Source: Auanema rhodensis (taxonomy: Eukaryota; Animalia; Nematoda). Taken from it: a DNA stretch of 64,000 nt. The first letter of the stretch is position 1. Each line of letters opens with the position of its first letter. The notes beneath the pieces were generated by a model. It was not told the DNA's origin and did no database searches. It saw only the letters and a program-made list of their open reading frames with translations. The position numbers and the translations under genes were made by a program. Shown piece by piece: positions 58,111-64,000 of this stretch. The DNA lies in the NCBI GenBank assembly GCA_964057225.1, contig OZ059896.1:22940001-23004000 (forward strand), read 5' to 3'.

Positions 58111-61100
58111 TTACAAATCAATTGGAGCAGAGAGCAGGTGTTTTTTAAAATTATGAACATTAGTAAGGTTGATAAGGTTTTCAGGTAGATCGTTCCATGT
58201 TTTGATGCTTCTGTACTCAATACCATTTCTTGTCGCCTTTTTCCGAAGCTCGGGATAGTCGATATTCCATTGGTGTCTGCGAAGAGAGTGGGTGAAATGT
58301 TTAATTTGAAAAATTCTTAAAATACTGTCCGTTGATACGTCTTTAATTTGAGAGAAATAGAAACCTAGATCAGTTACCTGTCTCCTGGTTGATAGTTCTT
58401 GAGCATTCAAAAAAGTGAGCTGACTTTTGTAGTCGGAAAAAATTCCTGCTCTTGAGAAGACTGCTCGCAAGAATTTTTTTTGAACCATCTCAATACGAGA
58501 TATTTTTTTAGATACTTGGGGAGACCATATCACGGATGCATATTCAAGGATTGGTCGAACGTAGCTGCAAAAAAGGTTGAACATAAATGAAGGTGATCTA
58601 GAGTAGAAGCAACGTAGAAGGATGCGACATTTGAGAGCTGCGGCGCAAGAGATGGCGTTTATGTGACAATCAAATGTTAGATTGTTATCAGTTAAGACTC
58701 CAAGGTCTTTATAATGAGGTACAAAGTCTAAAGGAAACTCACCAAAGGTAAATGGCTCGGTGGGGTTGAGGGTTGAGCTATTATTGCACACAATCATAAT
58801 TTTGGATTTGGTGGTGTTGACCATCATTCCATTATTTTTGCACCAGGCGTTGATTGTGTTTAAGGCAATCTGTAGACTTACCGGATTAGTACTGTATAGT
58901 TTGAGATCATCGGCAAAAAGTGTAGGATGAACGTCTTCAGGGAGAGAAGACGTAATGTCATTAATGTAGAAAAGGAATAGAAGAGGACCGAGAACAGTGC
59001 CTTGTGGGACACCACAAGATAAGTTTACAGAAGTAGAAAGAGAACCATTGACAAGAACTGAGTAAGATCTGTCAGTGATGAAGTTTTTGAGAAAAGTTTG
59101 AAGAGAACCGCAGATACCAATGGTTTTAAATTTGTGGAAAAGAACCGAGTGATCAATTAGATCAAAAGCTTTAGAGAAGTCTATAAAAGCAGTATAGACT
59201 GGAATGTTTTTATCTAAACATGATCTCCAGGCAATATGATTGTTAATGATTGCTGATATGGTATTACGTTTAGGAAGAAAAGCGTGCTGGTGAGCAGATA
59301 TAGATCCAGTAGAAATGCCAAAGTGGAGGAGCGGGGGTGAAATGAGTCGCTCAAAAACTTTGGAAAGACTTGGTGTTAATGATATAGGGCGATAGTTTGA
59401 AGGATTAGAGCGATTTCCGGATTTGAAAACAGGACGGATCCAAGCTTTCTTCCAGTCCGGAGGGCATGAAGAAGAAACGAGTAAATTGTGAGAAATGAAG
59501 GCAAGTGGGTAGCAAAGAGTAGAGGCGCACTGATTAAGAAAGTAGTAGGGAATGCCATCAGAAGAAGTAGAAACTCTGAGAGGAAGATGAGAAAGAACTT
59601 TATAGACTTTTTCGGGAGAAATGTCTATAAAATCAATGATAGAAGAAGGGCGAGAGGAGCTGTTGATTAAATCCGATGAAATACTTGGTTTGACAGAAAA
59701 AGAGCTTGCAAAAATGGAAGCTTTTTCTGTGTCTGTCGAGTATATTTCTTCACCAAGTCTAATCGTGGGGATATCTGAAGAGCAACCACCGAGACGAGTT
59801 CTACAGAAGCGATAAAAAAGTTTGGGGTTATTGGTTGAAGCAATGTGTTCTTTTTCCAAAATAGACTTTTGTTTAATAAGTCTATCTAGTTTTATAGTTA
59901 GTTTTTTGCGGAGAAGCTCGTCACGGTGGCAAATAGATGAACTGAGCCTTTTGATGTAACAGTAGAGATCCGCAATATTGCGGTCAACTTTTTTTCTACG
60001 CCTAGGTTGTTTGTGAGGAACGAATACAGAGATTATGGATTGTAGGATGTTGATGAATTTGGAGTAAGAGTCAAGAGGGGAAAGACCAGATAATACCAAA
60101 GAAAAGTCGATGCTGACAAGATGGCGATTGATGGCATTGAAGTCGGCTCGATAGAAATTGAGTTGAGAAAAGTTGGAAAGTGAGGAGGTATTGAAGAGTG
60201 TATTGGAAGAGAAAGGAAGGGTATCCAGAGGGGATACAGGGGTGTTGATGATGATGGAGAATGTAACCGAGAAGTGATCGGAGTTACCCAATGGAGGGGA
60301 GCGTGATATATTAGATATGATTGAAGGATTGTTTGTGATAAGGTAGTCTAAAATGTTGTTACCACGTGTAGGAAAATTGACAAGTTGATCAGAGTGACTA
60401 CTTTGGAGAAATTGAATAATTGATTTACTAGAAGGAGATGAGAGTGAGGACTGAAGAAGATCCCAATTGATATTAGGAAAGTTCAGGTCACCCGTAATAA
60501 AGAAAGAGCGGTTAGAAATATGACCATTGAGATCAGAAAGATAAGAACAAAAATCAGAGTGAGAAGCAGTAGGGGAACGATAACAAACGGAGAAAACCGA
60601 GTTGTTAGAGGTTAGAAGGATGGTAACATATTGAACCGATGAAGAGAGGGGTGAGGAGGAGAGTAAAATTGAGTTAATTTGTTTTTTTAAGAACAAAAGA
60701 GTACCACCGCCGCGTGAAGAATGCTTGTCTGCTCTGAATATGTTGTAATGATCATTTAGAGGAAGATGATCAGAAGAAAAATCAGAAAACAGCCAAGATT
60801 CCGATATGGCGATGATATCAGGGGATGAGATAGAATGAATGATTGTGAGGAAATGAAGTTTATTGAGAATAGAACGTGCATTGTAACAGTGGACTGATAG
60901 TTTAACAGGGACATGAGAAGAAAGCAAGCATGGTGAAGAAGCGGTTTTAACGAAAGGACATGTTGTTACAGGACCGAGATAAAGATGTTGTATCGGATCC
61001 GCTTCTTGATCTAGTAGGAAGTTCGGCAGTAGGCTTAACAGAGCGTGGTGGATTCTTTCTTCTTCTTGGGCTAATAGAAGATTTTTTCTCCAGAGAAAGA

Positions 61101-61194
61101 ATTTTTGACCTGCCAGTTGAGCGACTATTCCTACTAGATTTAGAAGGGGGGCTAGATATAACACCAGTATCAATATTGGACGGACATTGGACAT
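58111..61194 (-). CDS. LINE ORF2: apurinic-like endonuclease + reverse transcriptase (1027 aa)
   Basis: APE motifs YNARS, ISESW, RGGG, YRSP, GDLN, PTRGNNILD, SDH (60274-60282). RT motifs NYRPISL, QHAF, DFSKAFD, GVPQG, LGPLLFLFYIND, FADD (58906-58917), YKDLGV. CR1-type C-terminus YVRPILEYA..W.P / IE.VQK.F / WNDLP. No evident RNase H or CCHC knuckle. The true start is uncertain. Confidence 0.96.
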   Translation of the reverse strand: MSNVRPILILVLYLAPLLNLVGIVAQLAGQKFFLWRKNLLLAQEEERIHHALLSLLPNFLLDQEADPIQHLYLGPVTTCPFVKTASSPCLLSSHVPVKLSVHCYNARSILNKLHFLTIIHSISSPDIIAISESWLFSDFSSDHLPLNDHYNIFRADKHSSRGGGTLLFLKKQINSILLSSSPLSSSVQYVTILLTSNNSVFSVCYRSPTASHSDFCSYLSDLNGHISNRSFFITGDLNFPNINWDLLQSSLSSPSSKSIIQFLQSSHSDQLVNFPTRGNNILDYLITNNPSIISNISRSPPLGNSDHFSVTFSIIINTPVSPLDTLPFSSNTLFNTSSLSNFSQLNFYRADFNAINRHLVSIDFSLVLSGLSPLDSYSKFINILQSIISVFVPHKQPRRRKKVDRNIADLYCYIKRLSSSICHRDELLRKKLTIKLDRLIKQKSILEKEHIASTNNPKLFYRFCRTRLGGCSSDIPTIRLGEEIYSTDTEKASIFASSFSVKPSISSDLINSSSRPSSIIDFIDISPEKVYKVLSHLPLRVSTSSDGIPYYFLNQCASTLCYPLAFISHNLLVSSSCPPDWKKAWIRPVFKSGNRSNPSNYRPISLTPSLSKVFERLISPPLLHFGISTGSISAHQHAFLPKRNTISAIINNHIAWRSCLDKNIPVYTAFIDFSKAFDLIDHSVLFHKFKTIGICGSLQTFLKNFITDRSYSVLVNGSLSTSVNLSCGVPQGTVLGPLLFLFYINDITSSLPEDVHPTLFADDLKLYSTNPVSLQIALNTINAWCKNNGMMVNTTKSKIMIVCNNSSTLNPTEPFTFGEFPLDFVPHYKDLGVLTDNNLTFDCHINAISCAAALKCRILLRCFYSRSPSFMFNLFCSYVRPILEYASVIWSPQVSKKISRIEMVQKKFLRAVFSRAGIFSDYKSQLTFLNAQELSTRRQVTDLGFYFSQIKDVSTDSILRIFQIKHFTHSLRRHQWNIDYPELRKKATRNGIEYRSIKTWNDLPENLINLTNVHNFKKHLLSAPIDL

Positions 61195-61987
61195 TTGAAT
61201 TGGACTTAGAAACAGTAGAAGTATTTAGAGAAACTTGTGGAGTAGAAGTGGTTGAACGGGCAGTTGGTTTACGTGGAATCTTTATAAGTTTGAGATCGCG
61301 TACAATGAAAAGTGAGTCACTATTATCCAAATTTTTCGCTTTTGCTTCTTCGCGCAGTTTTTTTTCAAGATCTACCTCGAAGGGAAGATAATCGCGACGA
61401 ATAAACGTTTTAGACAAGCTTTCAAAACATATGGCTTTGTTTGTCCTAATGGTTTCAATGATTTTGTCACGTAAATCAACTGTTGAACATGAAATAATGA
61501 GAGGGCCTGGAGAATTAGATTTGAGAGTTGAGCGAGTAATGGTTATTTGGTTGCTGTTAATCAAAGAAATCAAGGTGTCATCATTAGACTTTCCAGCTAT
61601 AAGTTTGAGAAGGGCGGTAGGGTCCGAGGGAAACTCAGATGAATCGTGAGGAACCCTAAACCAAACCGCTCTTTTCAAGCGATAAGAATACCTTGATTCC
61701 TCAGATCGAACTTTTTGAACATGACACATAATACTGGTAGAAGTGGTTTGAGAAGGAGAAGAGGCATTGAAAGTTGGAACATTTAGGAGTTGTTGCTCTA
61801 AAGTATCGATACGTGATTTGAGGTTTGTTTCGATAGTTTTGATACGAGCTTCATTAGCTGCTACATTGATTTTAATACTGTTGAGTTCGTTTTTGATGTC
61901 AGATGAAAGTTGAGAGAAAGATTCTCGGAAAGATTTGGAAAGAGACTCAAGAGCATCAGTAAAGAAATCTTTTGTAACAGCTGTCAT
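60947..61987 (-). CDS. LINE ORF1, putative RNA-binding/chaperone protein (346 aa)
   Basis: Lies upstream of ORF2. N-terminal heptad coiled coil (about aa 10-70). Motifs KRAVWFRVP, PGPLIIS and FIRRDY..E...EKKLR resemble the RRM+CTD type of ORF1 in CR1/L1 elements. Ser/Thr/Arg/Lys-rich C-tail. Confidence 0.85.
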   Translation of the reverse strand: MTAVTKDFFTDALESLSKSFRESFSQLSSDIKNELNSIKINVAANEARIKTIETNLKSRIDTLEQQLLNVPTFNASSPSQTTSTSIMCHVQKVRSEESRYSYRLKRAVWFRVPHDSSEFPSDPTALLKLIAGKSNDDTLISLINSNQITITRSTLKSNSPGPLIISCSTVDLRDKIIETIRTNKAICFESLSKTFIRRDYLPFEVDLEKKLREEAKAKNLDNSDSLFIVRDLKLIKIPRKPTARSTTSTPQVSLNTSTVSKSNSNVQCPSNIDTGVISSPPSKSSRNSRSTGRSKILSLEKKSSISPRRRKNPPRSVKPTAELPTRSRSGSDTTSLSRSCNNMSFR

Positions 61988-62211
61988 ATTGAGAAAAAAG
62001 ATAAGATTAAGAAACAGAAAAATAAGAAAAAAGAATGTAAAGACAGTGGTATAAAGAAGTGAAAGACAATAAATAACAATGTAAAAGACAGAAAGGACAG
62101 AGAGAATTGGAAAAGAGAGAGAGTAATAAAATAGAAGAGATAAAAGAAAAAGAACAAGAAAAAAAAAATGAAAGAATTAAGAAAGCGTACCTTTAAGAAC
62201 CAGTCCGACGA
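61988..62211 (-). other. Unique part of LINE 5' UTR, strongly pyrimidine-rich on the sense strand
   Basis: The plus strand is mostly A/G, and no upstream ATG was seen on the sense strand. Confidence 0.8.
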
Positions 62212-62718
62212 AATGAGGTCACGGCGCGGAATGAGGTCACGGCGCGGAATGAGGTCACGGCGCGGAATGAGGTCACGGCGCGGAATGAGGTCACGGCGCG
62301 GAATGAGGTCACGGCGCGGAATGAGAATGAGGTCACGGCGATGAGAATGAGGTCACGGCGCGGAATGAGGTCACGGCGCGGAATGAGGTCACGGCGCGGA
62401 ATGAGGTCACGGCGCGGAATGAGAATGAGGTCACGGCGATGAGAATGAGGTCACGGCAATGAGAATGAGGTCACGGCGATGAGAATGAGGTCACGGCGAT
62501 GAGAATGAGGTCACGGCGATGAGAATGAGGTCACGGCGATGAGAATGAGGTCACGGCGATGAGAATGAGGTCACGGCGATGAGAATGAGGTCACGGCGAT
62601 GAGAATGAGGTCACGGCGATGAGAATGAGGTCACGGCGATGAGAATGAGGTCACGGCGATGAGAATGAGGTCACGGCGATGAGAATGAGGTCACGGCGAT
62701 GAGAATGAGGTCACGGCG
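62212..62718 (-). repeat. GC-rich minisatellite at the LINE 5' end: 26 copies of core AATGAGGTCACGGCG (plus strand)
   Basis: Unit lengths from 62212: 18x5, 24, 20, 18x3, 24, 20x14, then a final core at 62704-62718. Linkers are CGG, CGGAATGAG or ATGAG. One substitution (62458 G>A). Confidence 0.98.
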
Positions 62719-64000
62719 TGATGTGCACTTGGTATGTAACTCGCTTCACGTGAAAGATAAAGAGATGCGGTTTCCAAAATTAGATTCCCCATTTCCATAT
62801 TAGTCTAAAAACAAATTTTTATTAATATTGGTTCATGGTAACCATGTCTTTGAAATTTACGTGAACTTTAATTTATGCTAATTAAATGTACACGTGATGT
62901 GCACTTGGTATGTAACTCGCTTCACGTGAAAGATAAAGAAATGCGTTTTTCAAAATTAGATTCCCCATGTCCATTTTAGTCTAAAAACAAATTTTTATTG
63001 ATATTGGTTCATGGTAACCATGACTTTGAAATTTACGTGAACTTTAATTTATGCTAATTAAATGTACACGTGATGTGCACTTGGTATGTAACTCGCTTCA
63101 CGTGAAAGATAAAGAGATGCGGTTTTCAAAATTAGATTCTCCATGTCCATATTAGTCTAAAAACAAATTTTTATTAATATTGGTTCATGGTAACCATGTC
63201 TTTGAAATTTACGTGAACTTTAATTTATGCTAATTAAATGTACACGTGATGTGCACTTGGTATGTAACTCGCTTCACGTGAAAGATAAAGAGATGCGGTT
63301 TTCAAAATTAGATTCCCCATGTCCATATTAGTCTAAAAACAAATTTTTATTGATATTGGTTCATGGTAACCATGACTTTGAAATTTACGTGAACTTTAAT
63401 TTATGCTAATTAAATGTACACGTGATGTGCACTTGGTATGTAACTCGCTTCACGTGAAAGATAAAGAGATGCGGTTTTCAAAATTAGATTCCCCATGTCC
63501 ATATTAGTCTAAAAACAAATATTCATTAATATTGGTTCATGGTAACCATGTCTTTGAAATTTACGTGAACTTTAATTTATGCTAATTAAATGTACACGTG
63601 ATGTGCACTTGGTATGTAACTCGCTTCACGTGAAAGATAAAGAGATGCGGTTTTCAAAATTAGATTCCCCATGTCCATATTAGTATAAAAACAAATTTTT
63701 ATTAATATTGGTTCATGGTAACCATGTCTTTGAAATTTACGTGAACTTTAATTTATGCTAATTAAATGTACACGTGATGTGCACTTGGTATGTAACTCGC
63801 TCCACGTGAAAGATAAAGAGATGCGGTTTTCAAAATTAGATTCCCCATGTCCATATTAGTCTAAAAACAAATTTTTATTGATATTGCTTCATGGTAACCA
63901 TGACTTTGAAATTTACGTGAACTTTAATTTATGCTAATTAAATGTACACGTGATGTGCACTTGGTATGTAACTCGCTTCACGTGAAAGATAAAGAGATGT
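62717..64000 (+). repeat. 176-bp tandem satellite array, right arm (~7 monomers, runs off window)
   Basis: Resumes at CGTGATGTGCAC (monomer position 65) in the same orientation, continuing the monomer broken at 57623 (position 67). Confidence 0.99.

Larger units (their letters stand above)
57624..62716 (-). mobile_element. Full-length non-LTR retrotransposon (LINE), CR1/T1-like, inserted in a satellite monomer
   Basis: Has a 5' UTR, ORF1, an uninterrupted APE-RT ORF2 and a 3' UTR with terminal AATAAA, and no LTRs or TIRs. Both ends join the two halves of a single satellite monomer. Confidence 0.95.

Noticed and set aside
57631-58226. ORFs of 82, 154 and 67 aa at the LINE 3' end
   Set aside because: They lie in the 3' UTR or overlap the ORF2 end, have no recognisable motifs, and their composition is explained by strand bias.
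59376-61649. Short alternate-frame and antisense ORFs (60, 60, 64, 143, 72 aa)
   Set aside because: They are shadows of ORF1/ORF2 with no domain signatures.
57624-62716. LTR retrotransposon, Penelope element, group II intron or retron
   Set aside because: No LTRs, integrase or GIY-YIG domain. An N-terminal APE plus RT layout is diagnostic of a LINE.
62212-62718. Interstitial telomere or coding repeat
   Set aside because: It matches no canonical telomere unit that I recognise, is bounded by element and satellite, and has no sense ATG or consistent frame.

Overview
Eukaryotic, AT-rich satellite DNA. Positions 1-57623 and about 62717-64000 are one head-to-tail array of a 176-bp monomer: 327 full copies plus a partial on the left, about 7 on the right, in the same orientation and phase, and nearly identical. 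The monomer is built largely from imperfect inverted repeats and three ACGTGA motifs. Diagnostic variants show nested block duplications of 2, 3, 7, 11, 16/22, 19 and about 50 monomers. One monomer is interrupted by an apparently intact, full-length, ~5.1-kb CR1-like non-LTR retrotransposon on the minus strand. It has a coiled-coil/RRM-like ORF1 and an overlapping ORF2 with APE endonuclease and reverse transcriptase. The most unusual features are in its UTRs: a 507-bp GC-rich array of 26 short units (18/20/24 bp) at the extreme 5' end, and a 13/14 match in the 3' UTR to the satellite sequence spanning its own insertion site. Together these suggest, but do not prove, a satellite-targeting LINE with a self-renewing 5' end. 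The host cannot be identified with certainty; the proteins look like invertebrate, possibly nematode, CR1/T1 elements.
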